Source: Amphiscolops sp. MND2022 (taxonomy: Eukaryota). Taken from it: a stretch of DNA of 64,000 nt. Below the pieces are notes generated by a model. It had not been told where the DNA came from, searched no databases, and was given only the letters and a program-made list of their open reading frames with translations. Below are positions 50,912 to 61,207 of this stretch, one piece after another. A program made the position numbers and the translations under genes. Positions within the stretch are counted from its first letter, which is position 1, and every line of letters starts with the position of its first letter. The DNA lies in assembly GCA_964187785.1 (NCBI GenBank), contig OZ076409.1, forward strand, positions 35,774,001 to 35,838,000, given 5' to 3'.

Positions 50912-51111
50912 NNNNNNNNNNNNNNNNNNNNNNNNNNNNNNNNNNNNNNNNNNNNNNNNNNNNNNNNNNNNNNNNNNNNNNNNNNNNNNNNNNNNNNNNN
51001 NNNNNNNNNNNNNNNNNNNNNNNNNNNNNNNNNNNNNNNNNNNNNNNNNNNNNNNNNNNNNNNNNNNNNNNNNNNNNNNNNNNNNNNNNNNNNNNNNNNN
51101 NNNNNNNNNNN
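50912..51111. other. Assembly gap (200 N)
   Basis: Run of exactly 200 N; a round number suggests a scaffolding placeholder of unknown true length. Confidence 0.99.
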
Positions 51112-53500
51112 ATCTCTCTGGGGTTTTGGCTCTTTTCTAAAAGGCGCTCATTATCAAGTTGACTATTGTGGAAAAAAAACTTCTTTAGCTGGACTGCAAT
51201 GCACATTGACTTCGTCATGTGCAAAAAGGGGGGAACCTTTGGGATTTTTTGACATCCATTGTGTTGCAAAATGTCGAAACAAATGAAGGGGGACCCTTTG
51301 GTGCAATCCAAAAAGTTTCAAAAAAAGCCGCATAGTGCCTGGACGTCTGTTTCGTTTCTTCTTTTCGTTTTGGACGCACTTTTGAGGTTTGACGTTGTTG
51401 AAATGAACAAAAAAGTGGACCTTACGCGTCTAAAAAAATACCCACTGTAAGAGTCGGGCACATTTTCTACTAAAATGCGCCGACTAAAAATGGTTGAAAA
51501 ACAGACGAAAAACATTTCAAAAATTGAAGTTCCAGGAACTTTTTTCTTGAAAGGACGGAGACACTTTCTATGAGCGTTTAAAAAAATTGAGGAAACGTTC
51601 AAAATATACGAAAAGCTCAAAAAACGCCAAGAATTTGGCAATTTTTAGACATGTTTCTCAAAATTCTCCATGAATAATAGGCCCCTGCGGGGCACAGTAA
51701 TATTTCTGCTTTTAGGCTTTCATGTTCAATAATAGAAGCATATCTTAATCATTTATATACCGCACAATTAACCACTCTACCAGTTTACACCACCGTTAAT
51801 TCTTCTCGGACTAAAGAAAATATAACTACTGCGTGTAGATGCAGTTTCGCCTGCGCATTTGAATGCAGGCGAAGCTCTCGGCGAACGAATAATTAACACT
51901 CGTTTGCCTCTATGAATTCGGCGTACGAAAGCATAATTACCACTCACTCGTTCCATCGCACGAAAAACGATTTGTTGTCGGCAACTTGAGAAAATTAATT
52001 CTCACGCTTACCACTCACTGCCAAACAAATTGTCTAAAATTTTCAGTAGGTACTCGAAATCACGACGAAAATTGAACTGAAAAAAGTCGAATTGTTGATA
52101 TGTGAATATTATTCCAGCTGTCGCAGAAACAATGATGATTACGTTACAAAACCTTTTTTCTCGCCGTTGAACTCCGTGGAATGAGCTCGGTATTTGGACT
52201 GTAGAAAACAGGCCCCATACAGAGCCCAGTAATATTTCTTCTTCAACTATGAAGTGTCGAAAATGCCCAAACGGAACTTTTTCTTTTCGAAAAACGCTTT
52301 TCTCCAACTGGAAGCATTGAAAAAACCAATTGGCGGAAGATCTTCTGAAAAACAGTTCGTGGAAAAATCGCACATCACCAAAAAAACCTAAAAGGGAACG
52401 ACCCTTTAAGCTCTTGAAACGTATTACCGTAACAGAAAACATTTAAAAAACGAAGATGGACAATTTGGTGGAATGAAAAATTTCAAAAAAGTCACAGTAC
52501 CTACAACAAGCCGGAAGCGGCCCAAATCGACGCTATATCTAAGGCTCAAAAATAGCAAAAGGACTTCAAAGTGTCAAAGTATTCTCTTCTACAGTACCTG
52601 AAAAACCCAAAAAAGGGACCTTTTCGCGTTTTTTAACATCCATTCTTGCAAAACATGAAAAAATTGAAGGGGGACCCGTTGGGGAATTTTTTCCAAAAAA
52701 AGTCTCACAAAGCCGAAAAACTGAAAGGAGGGACCCTTCAGTCTCTCCCGGTATTGTATGTTACGCGGAAAAAGAGGGAAAACCTTTTTGGTTCAGTTCG
52801 CAAAGCCCAGTGATTCAATGTGGGACGATAAAATTTCGCAAAACTTTCAAGAACTATTTTGGTCAGTTCGTGTGGATTGAATAAAAAACAAAAAGGCACT
52901 ATAATAGTCGCGTTTCACTTCATGAAGCGCCAACTGAAAACCAAAAGGTAGGACCCTTCGATCCCCCATGTAGTTTCGAGGAGACTGTTAAACTGTGAAA
53001 TACTCCAAGGGAGTAACCTTTAGCCTCTTTGTGTACCCTTTAGTTCTTAGGCGTGAAGCCTGTAAAAAAGGGCCTTTCAATAAGTTAAGTGACCTTTAGA
53101 ACAGAAAACTAGGGAACTGTAATAGTCGGAACACATCCTATAAATACGCACACTAAAAACATGTCAAAATAGAAGTAAAAAGCACAGTGATAAGCGTTAT
53201 TTCGACGTTGAGATCAATTGATGTTCTAAATCAAGAAAATGTCCAAAAACTTTCGTAAAACGCGACTAAATTGTAAAAATTTAAAACATTTTGGGATCAT
53301 TTCGCGGCACTTTTCTATCAAGAAGTTATTTTGTTGCGGACAAATACACCGAATAGCTCGTTCATTCGGCTCTGAACTTTTTTGGATATTGTTACAGACG
53401 AAAAAAACTACAGAAATAGCATGAAAGAGGTCAAAATTTGAAAAAAAATCGACTACTTTTGGGGTCATAACCAAAAAAGTCCAAAAATCTGTACAAATAC
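51112..53500. repeat. Degenerate dispersed-repeat sequence (gggaccctt / A-tract family)
   Basis: Related blocks aacatccatt...ttgcaaaa...tgaagggggaccc at ~51250-51300 and ~52635-52680, and a weaker one at ~55480-55530; no coding homology recognised. Confidence 0.5.
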
Positions 53501-54987
53501 ATATTGTACATATCGCACGAAATTTATTTTATGGTAGCTGAATTCTGGAAACAAAATTCTATGAATTGGGGACAAAAATTGGAACATTTGGGAAAAAATT
53601 TGGAGCAAATTTGGAGGAAATAACGAGTTAGTAATTTTCATATGCATTATAGAAATATGGGCGGAAAACAATACATCGGTATGGGAAAACAGCATTGATA
53701 GCGATACATTCAATCAACTTAGCAAATGTTTGAGATGTAGACAATGAAGGTGCTAACATTGACTTGAAACTTGCAAAATACCAACATTGCTCATTATTTC
53801 AACAGACCATACATGCATGTCTTCATACAGACATATGTGTGATCCGGGGTATTAGTTTGTAAATTGGACGTGCCCGCAATCAGAGCGGAAATAGTGCAAA
53901 ACAAATAAGTGCCTGTAACCATCGACGAGTCACATATCTTGCAACAATTTGCGCACTTATTTGATTTCAGTGATTTATCACTGCTTCACAATCTAGGTTC
54001 AAGTCCAGGAGCAAAGAAACAGCACAGACAGAGGAGCAACCGCCACAACACGAATTAGCCTTACATGACAACTGTTGCAACCGCCATACTAGGTGAAGAA
54101 TGTATTATGCGGACAGACAAAAGAGGGAAAGCGTAACTACTGTAAAATGCGAGTAAAACGTGATTAGTTCAAGTTCCTCCCCAGAGGTAGATAGTTCAAC
54201 AGCTCAAGATTGTTGAGACGGTGGTGACGACAGACACAAGACAGAAAAACAAAGGAGTAGCTAGCGTTCCCGGCATAATTGAGCCCAGAGACACATATGC
54301 TATTTCAAGTGATAGAGGCTTACAACCTCAAGTTATTATTGCTACCAACGAACAGGGCGCTAAAATTTCAAGAGCCAAGTCACGTGACGGATCAATAAGA
54401 AAACATGGGTGTACAAGGTATTGATTAAATGGTACAATTGAGCAGCCAGTCACAGAGGATCAGGATCAGAGAGGAATACAATTTTATTATGCAACACCCT
54501 GGACCATGTGCAATTTTATAGTAGAGTACAGCGAGCGAAAAAAGAACCCCAAAACGCGTATCGACGGAGTTTTCACAATTGATTGATTATTTATAACAGC
54601 AGTACTTACCGTCCACTTTTTACGACCACCTAAGTTCTACAGCATTGACAAAAGTTACAGAGCATAGATTATTCAGAGTGCTTTAAAACCGACTGATTTA
54701 ATTCGTAGATGATACCTCAATGAAAAACACTTTATCGCTATGGCATGACATCATTTAGTTTCAAAATGGTTTGAAAAACTTTGACTTTCCCAAGGCCATA
54801 TTCTAGTATCTTCGCCAATTAAGAAAATGTCGAAAACCTATTTAATATTGAAAAGTTTCAGTACTTTCAGGGAGCATAAACTAACATTTTCAATACTAAT
54901 AACAACAAGTGTTTCTCGAAAAAGGAAGATGGCAAACAGTCGAAGTAACAACTATAACAACGGTAGTAATAATGCTTGATTTGTTAC

Positions 54988-55198
54988 CTTTCTACATTAA
55001 GTTCGTGCAGAAGAGGCTCCATCCAGCCGTCGGAAACCTCTATGTGGGCGTCAAGAAAGATGATGACTGGCGTGTCTGCCATGGCGGAGCCCTTTAACCG
55101 GCCCCTGATGAGCCCAGTCCTGCTGGGCATCCTGTAGATACGTGTGGGAAAGTTGAACTTGTGTGTCAAAAAGGCATCTAGCGGCTCTTTCAGGTGAT
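54988..55198 (-). CDS. GALNT: Polypeptide GalNAc-transferase, exon 4 (last exon detected)
   Basis: cgtag| acceptor, |gtaac donor; RTGLIRGRLKG...IFLDAHIEVSDGWMEPLL includes the Mn-binding DxH motif. Exons 1-4 total 842 nt (280 codons + 2 nt). Confidence 0.93.
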
Positions 55199-56107
55199 CT
55201 ACGAAACAAATCAACATGTCCTTCGTTAACAAAAGAACAAGTTCTCAATGGCTAAGTCAGAGCCCAGCAGAAAGCCAAATGAAAAGTGCAAAATAAACGA
55301 ATCGCCCAAAGACACTTTCTGAAAAATCCTTAAAAATCTTAGTGCCAAAAAATATTTGAAGGGAGGTCTTAAAAGGGCTCTTTCTAGCAGAAAATATTAG
55401 AAAAACAAAAAGGGAGCGTTTTTTTCAGATAAGATTTGAGAAACTGCACACCTGAAAAAACCCAAAGGCTATCTTCACAGCCATAATATTTTGCAATTCA
55501 AATGTGAAAAAAATGAAGGGAGCCTTTGAACCCTTATGGTCCCCATTAGGTTTTAAACTTGTTGAAAACTTTTAACCGGATTGAAAAAATATAAAATGTA
55601 CAACCGAAAAGCCATTATAAAGATCGCGTTATATTTCACATTGATTAAAAAATGAAGCTCATCGAATGAAAGCTTCAGAATTCTTTTCCGAATAACTTTC
55701 ATTGCAGCATCTACAAAAAATGAGATGAATGCAACAGAGACCATATATCATTTGCAGCAGAAAAGATTTCCTCACAAACAAAGTGATGTTTGTCCGCAAT
55801 ACAAGTTTTTGTTATTTCAACTATTTGCATTAACCCATCATTTACTTGATAACTAAACATGTGTAACGTTTTGTCACAAGAACATATCCACCATAACGCT
55901 AAAAATAGTAAGAGCAGGACCCAAATTTCTCGTGACATCAAAGGGTTTGAAAGGGGCCCGTTTCAAGTCGGGCGTCTTTATTGAAAGCGACCACAAACTA
56001 GGCGAAGGTCCAACAAATGTATCACAGAGTAACTTCTTTCAGTTGACCTGCATTTTTCCCCAATCAGATTACGTCACAGAATGTTTGATCACATGTGACT
56101 GACTTAC

Positions 56108-56277
56108 CTCTTTCGCTTGCGTCATCGATGAGAATGATTTCCTTAAGCAAAGAATGTGGAGTCCTGTTGGCGATACTGTAGAGACTTCTGATTAGTGTAG
56201 ACCACGCCTCGTTGTGAAAAACTATGATTATTGTTGTCAAGGGCAGATTTTTGATGTCATATTTCCTGGCTCGGCAA
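56108..56277 (-). CDS. GALNT: Polypeptide GalNAc-transferase, exon 3
   Basis: ttcag| acceptor, |gtaagt donor; [54 protein letters not shown] (GT-A fold start); phases match neighbours. Confidence 0.95.
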
Positions 56278-56575
56278 CTGAAATACAAACACGGTAATCT
56301 CGAAACAAATCATTTATCAAACTAAGCGCCTGCTCAAAACGGATAACCTGTTACCAAAACCAACACAACTTTTAGAGTTCAAAAACAAAGAAAAATTTGA
56401 CTTCAATAGGATTCACATGATACGAGTAAAGCGAACAAAGTTTTCATCGGCGGCTCTAGAGATTCACAAAGCCAAAATTTGAAGTGAATGGTAGCTTTAT
56501 GGCTTTCCTTACACTAAAAATCAGTCAATAATAGTGGAAAAATTGACAAGTAGGCAAATCAAATAATGTACTGAC

Positions 56576-56756
56576 TGAGAATTTCTGTAGTCCGGCAAAG
56601 TTCTGTTGGGCGATATTCTGTCACTGGCAACGACGTTGAACTGGTTTTCTTTGAATCTTTCTTTAGCCAGCTGTTCGTCCATGGCACCGAGGACTACAGC
56701 TTTACCTCCCTCTCCGGGTCCATCGGGGAAGGAAGAGACCAACTTTTCCCAGAAAC
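56576..56756 (-). CDS. GALNT: Polypeptide GalNAc-transferase, exon 2
   Basis: ttag| acceptor, |gtcagt donor; GPGEGGKAV...FKENQFNVVASDRISPNRTLPDYR, the conserved GALNT1/pgant5-type N-terminal motif. Confidence 0.92.
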
Positions 56757-56896
56757 CTAATGGCACAAAATAGGACGTTGCTAGTTTTAGTACCGACTTG
56801 TACCGATAAACGAGGTCCCAAACAAACAAAAACTGAATACTTCTCAGCACGATTAACACCCACTTATATATTGAGTATTTTAAACATTCAAATTTA

Positions 56897-57078
56897 ACAG
56901 ATAAGTACTCAAAATTCTCAAATTAAACTTTCAAATGCTCATCGTTTTAGCTAAATATTTAAAATAGCCTTCCCAATAAATAATAGCCTTCCCACAGATA
57001 AGTACTCAAAATTCTCAAATTAAACTTTCAAATGCTCATCGTTTTAGCTAAATATTCAAAATAGCCTTCCCAATAAAT
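56897..57078. repeat. Direct duplication of ~85 bp (period 97) in GALNT intron 1
   Basis: acagataagtactcaaaattctc...agccttcccaataaata at 56897 and 56994. Confidence 0.9.
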
Positions 57079-57298
57079 ACTTTCCGTAAATGCCCATGTG
57101 TATGATGTGTAAATACACACAAGTATAACTGACCGAAGCATTTCACGTAACATGCAAAACTTTACAAAACCGGTATTAAAGGAAATACCCGCTATCAACA
57201 GAAACTTTTATTCACCTTTCTCAGCTAAAACATACTTGGTTGAAAAAATCTGACACAGTTCAAGACTTGCGTAACATCAAAAAAGCAAGAAAAATAAC

Positions 57299-57578
57299 CT
57301 CTCAACCAGCTAATTTCTTCATCCTTGTCTTTATCGTTCTTCAGTTGTCTCAGCTTTTCGGCCGCCCTGCTTTGACACTTGACGTCACCTTCCTTACATG
57401 GAAGATGTTCATTCAGGCCATTTTTTAGAGGTTTAACTCCGTCTACAGCGGCATCGTAAGAAACCATGGGTGACACTTTGCCAGAAAAATTTGCACTGTA
57501 TATTGCACACATAACAACTATATACAAAATACCCGCGACAACGAGCACTTTCACAAAGGCCTTTTGGTTAGCCTTCAT
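57299..57578 (-). CDS. GALNT: Polypeptide N-acetylgalactosaminyltransferase, exon 1 (cytoplasmic tail, TM anchor, stem)
   Basis: ATG at 57578; MKANQKAFVKVLVVAGILYIVVMCAIYSANF is a type II membrane anchor; ends phase 1 at AG|GT, compatible with exon 2. Donor (GTTATT) is weak. Confidence 0.7.
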
Positions 57579-57978
57579 TCCTGGAGGCTCGGTGGCGACC
57601 TGGGAAGTAGGACGCACCCGAATGAGCTGCTGCTAACGGAGAAACATAAACAGCAGCTTGTGGCGCTTCTAGTAGTCACACAACACAAGAACGGGACGAT
57701 ATCATAGATTAACTGAAAAAAACTTCCATCAGTACAATAGGGTTTTCGATAATAATTTGATCAAATAAGAAGTTTTGAAAATATTGAATTCCGTTTTGTA
57801 CTTATAAATCAATTTCTAATTTGTTTTTATGATTGTAACAAGTGAAATCAACTACTTATCATTTTTGTACATCAAATTAAAAATCATACCAAAAATAAAT
57901 ATACTGATTTGACTGTAAAATGATTGTATCATGGTTACGCTTTATATTATATTCCTTGATATAATTTCAGTACAATAT

Positions 57979-59973
57979 TCACAATTTACTTGGCAGTTCA
58001 TAGATGGGTTTTATATATTTCTTGAATACACCCTGGACGAATTCCGGGTCATTAGTCTGCGATTTTCTAGCCCATCTCATTAATCGTTCATACACTTGAC
58101 CATCCCTAGCACCAAGAGTGGAATTGATACAGACCTCGGGTAAGCCGTAGCCTTCGGCCAGAGGCAAGATATGTGGTCTCAATTTCTGATAGAGGAAAAG
58201 TATGCTGTCCATCACGAATCCTGCTTGTATTTTATTGAAGAACCCACTCAAAACGAATTCTCCCAAACTCTCACGAATCCCTAAAAGACAGTACAGCAAA
58301 CAAACTTGAGTAAGATAACCTTTCAGTTGTGCTGACATCGTGTTCGAATCCAGAGTAAACACAAAGCTTGACACGACATACAAATGAGAATTAGCGACGC
58401 TAGCGGCGACCAACTCAGGGCCAGAGTTGACCCAAGCAGTTTCCTGGCTCATTCCTTGTTCGATCATGAAACGTCGCATCCGTGAAAACACTTGGTCCAG
58501 CACTGATCGGGCTCTTTGCTCGTATGCGTCGATCATGATATCCAGACTCAAAAGATCTTCAGCATTCTCAGCTCCACATGTAACCGACGGTCTATCCAAA
58601 TATTCCATAAACCCACTTTCTTGGTGTTGGTTCATCGACTTCTTCATAAGGCACTTCAAAAGGTTTCTGGCACTTTGCAAATGCATAACAACATTGTCAC
58701 CCTCATATGTCGACATAGCTTCTGCTTCACTGATAAGATTGGGCAAATTACTGCTCAATGAGAAGCCATGACCACCGCATGCACTACGCAAAACGGTAAG
58801 TCTCTTTAATGCCTCGGAGCTAGAGAAGGCCTTTAACCCCGACAGCAGATAATGTAACTGGGTAAGACTTTCCACTTCTTCAGATCCAAGGCGGCTCTGA
58901 ACATCTTCATATTGAATCTTCAATCTCTTATAACAAGACTGTAGTGCATAGGCAGAGCAAATGGCAGGGAAAATTTTGTCCTGTTGAGTGACGTAATCTA
59001 TTATTCTGACTTCGCCATCTCCGGGTTTGAGTTCACATTGCCTGCGGAATATGCTGTACCTCGTAGCAATTACAGCTCCAATCGACGTGATCATGGCGGC
59101 GAATGGAACAATTTCGAATCGAATTTTCATCATTGATGCGAACTGTAACTTCTGATTGCCAGTGCTAATGTATGTTCCATCCTTTTCAACACTTTGATAG
59201 CGCATTAACATATTCTCGCGTGGAATGCGGACATCTTTGAATCCCACAAAACCATTGTCTCGATCGTGCATCCAAAATGTTTCTCCAATATAACCGATAT
59301 CTATTCCAGGAAGAGGCTTGTAGGTTTGCAAACAACGCAGAGGAACAATAAACAAATGGGGACCGTAGTTTTTGCCATCAGTGTGCAACTGAGCCATAGT
59401 CAATGCATGACTGGCACTCTTGCCCAGTGTTGCTGGCCAAAACTTGTAGCCGGACAGACCATTAGAATTGATGATGAACTCCTCGGTTGACGAGTCATAA
59501 GTGGCCGTCGTTTCCAACTTACTAAGCCATGTTCCATGGCCAAGTTCCGTTTGGGCATAAGTCGGGATGGCACGAATGTTTCTGAACATTGTTCCCCACT
59601 TTTCAAATTGCTCCTCCGTTCCAAGCTTTTCGATAGCAGGAAGAATCATCGCATAGAGTAGTGTGATTAAAGGGGACTTCAAAAGAAACATGAAAAGATA
59701 AGCAAACTCTGGGTCATTCACAGTATCAATGTCGCCAGATTTCAGCAGACGTGCCATTTTGTTGAATCTTACAGCCATCATTTTGTACTTTTCTCGTGAC
59801 GACAATTGAAGATAGTCCTGATCGGAAGGGTCAATCAACTCAGGATTTTCCTGCAGAATTTCATCAAGTCGCGTAATGAAAGAACCATAATTGGGATGAA
59901 GAAAAGTTTGTAACTCTTCACTGGGAAAATTCGATTTTCTTCTTTCGTTCTTCAATTCCAGAGAATCCGACAT
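57979..59973 (-). CDS. ACOX: Peroxisomal acyl-CoA oxidase (ACOX1-like), single-exon ORF, 664 aa
   Basis: TYAQTELGHGT, VRIPRENML, IATRYS..RRQ, RSACGGHG, TYEGDNVV (catalytic Glu position) and C-terminal PTS1 SKL; full length, no stops. Confidence 0.96.
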   Translation of the reverse strand: MSDSLELKNERRKSNFPSEELQTFLHPNYGSFITRLDEILQENPELIDPSDQDYLQLSSREKYKMMAVRFNKMARLLKSGDIDTVNDPEFAYLFMFLLKSPLITLLYAMILPAIEKLGTEEQFEKWGTMFRNIRAIPTYAQTELGHGTWLSKLETTATYDSSTEEFIINSNGLSGYKFWPATLGKSASHALTMAQLHTDGKNYGPHLFIVPLRCLQTYKPLPGIDIGYIGETFWMHDRDNGFVGFKDVRIPRENMLMRYQSVEKDGTYISTGNQKLQFASMMKIRFEIVPFAAMITSIGAVIATRYSIFRRQCELKPGDGEVRIIDYVTQQDKIFPAICSAYALQSCYKRLKIQYEDVQSRLGSEEVESLTQLHYLLSGLKAFSSSEALKRLTVLRSACGGHGFSLSSNLPNLISEAEAMSTYEGDNVVMHLQSARNLLKCLMKKSMNQHQESGFMEYLDRPSVTCGAENAEDLLSLDIMIDAYEQRARSVLDQVFSRMRRFMIEQGMSQETAWVNSGPELVAASVANSHLYVVSSFVFTLDSNTMSAQLKGYLTQVCLLYCLLGIRESLGEFVLSGFFNKIQAGFVMDSILFLYQKLRPHILPLAEGYGLPEVCINSTLGARDGQVYERLMRWARKSQTNDPEFVQGVFKKYIKPIYELPSKL

Positions 59974-60689
59974 CTTCCCGATTCGTTAACAACCAAAAGA
60001 GAAAAACAATGAGAAATTATAGATGATTTTTCATGAATTTATCTAAAATTGAACGAAGTAAATAGGGAAAATTGGAAATGACTATAGTCGTATATTGTTT
60101 CTAGACTTGTCAATGGTTTCTAGCCTGATGTCAAGCAAATATTCAGTTGCATAGGCAACAATCCCGTTTTCCTCTCTGAGAAGAAGATCGCTGTCATTAA
60201 TCTTGTGCCAAGTAGGCTATTATGTTAGGGGGAGATGGCACCCCGCCAGGTCTGCACAAAAGAAACACTAACAGCAAAGAAACAGATATTAGTTGAAAAC
60301 CAAATACCTGCCAGTCATTATCTCAATAGACCGACATAACTTAAGAAACCAAAACAGCCTATGTAGTAGAGCCGCTGTGTCAGTTTCTTTGAACGGCAAC
60401 AATTTTTTTCTTTAACCTCTCTCAGACGACATAGATCGTTATTAATTTAGTACCGTTTAGGCCATATGTAAGGAAGATGACACACACCTGTGGTCTGCAA
60501 CCAAAAAGGAACGAAATAAACGATAAAGCATTACTACTGTCAACAATCTTGGTTAGTTATCTTAACTTAGATGGTAAATCTAGGCAAAACCTAGATGCTA
60601 AATAAAACAATTGTCGTTATTATGATCTCGATTGGTGCAATATATCAAATCATTTATTTAAAAGGTTATTTAAATATCAAAGTAAATAG

Positions 60690-61192
60690 TTGTCGTGAAA
60701 GGTTGTTTTGAAGGTCTTTTGGACTTTGGGAGGTCTGTAACTGAATCCCAAACCTGGATTTCCGTTTACGACTCCAGGCTCATTTCCGAATTCCATTGCG
60801 GTGGAGTTTTAAACGTTGATGCCATCCTGCTACCATGAAAAGGTGGCTGTTCACATCTATATTAAGCCCCACGAACGAACATAATAACTACAACAGATCA
60901 TAAAATGCAATATGAACGTACACAAGGGAATAACCACAATATATATGAAGTACAAAATGTGATTAGAATGTAATGGGCACTCAAGGGAAAGTTGGTCGTA
61001 AGATAGCAATGGTGCTCCGAATTGTTTTCTCAAATACCCCACTTCAAGTAACTCAGCTCCAAGTAGGAATGATTCTTTTTTAGAAACACTCAGATCCTTC
61101 CAGACTAAACACGAAAATTCTACAAAAGAAAGGGTTAATTCAAGAATTTCCACAGAAGAAATTGGGTTCATTTTCGGTAAGGTTATTTTTCA
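60690..61192 (-). mobile_element. Relic 5' end of a second copia-type (GalEa-like) element: putative LTR, tRNA-iMet PBS, gag N-terminus
   Basis: Minus strand reads ...ccttttCA|TGGTAGCAGGATGGC: PBS at 60835-60822 matches the complement of the initiator tRNA-Met 3' end (TGGTAGCAGAGGATGG) with a 2-nt deletion; ATG 60825 opens MASTFKTPPQWNSEMSLES*TEIQVWDSVTDLPKSKR, resembling the PP....YExWKxE+xxW...TDL gag start. LTR outer end (TGAAAA at 61192) is tentative. Confidence 0.6.
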
Positions 61193-61207
61193 TAAAGATC
61201 AAGAAAC

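Noticed and set aside
50823-51311. ORFs of 96-162 aa spanning the gap
   Set aside because: Artefacts of translating through 200 N.
52008-52442. 144-aa Phe-rich ORF as a missing GALNT exon or new gene
   Set aside because: No GALNT motif; Phe/Lys bias reflects A/T tracts of the dispersed repeat.
53902-53963. 11-bp inverted repeat caaataagtgc / gcacttatttg as a pre-miRNA
   Set aside because: Stem does not extend convincingly and the 40-nt spacer pairs poorly.
55711-55941. 76-aa ORF with a signal-peptide-like start in GALNT intron 3
   Set aside because: No homology recognised, no splice context needed by the GALNT model, length within chance expectation.
58427-59624. Short ORFs overlapping ACOX on either strand
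   Set aside because: Shadow frames of a long GC-richer coding sequence.
57979-59973. Bacterial contamination or horizontal transfer as the reason ACOX lacks introns
   Set aside because: It has a peroxisomal SKL, eukaryotic ACOX1-type motifs, and is contiguous with a spliced GALNT and animal-type retrotransposons; only a phylogeny could reopen this.
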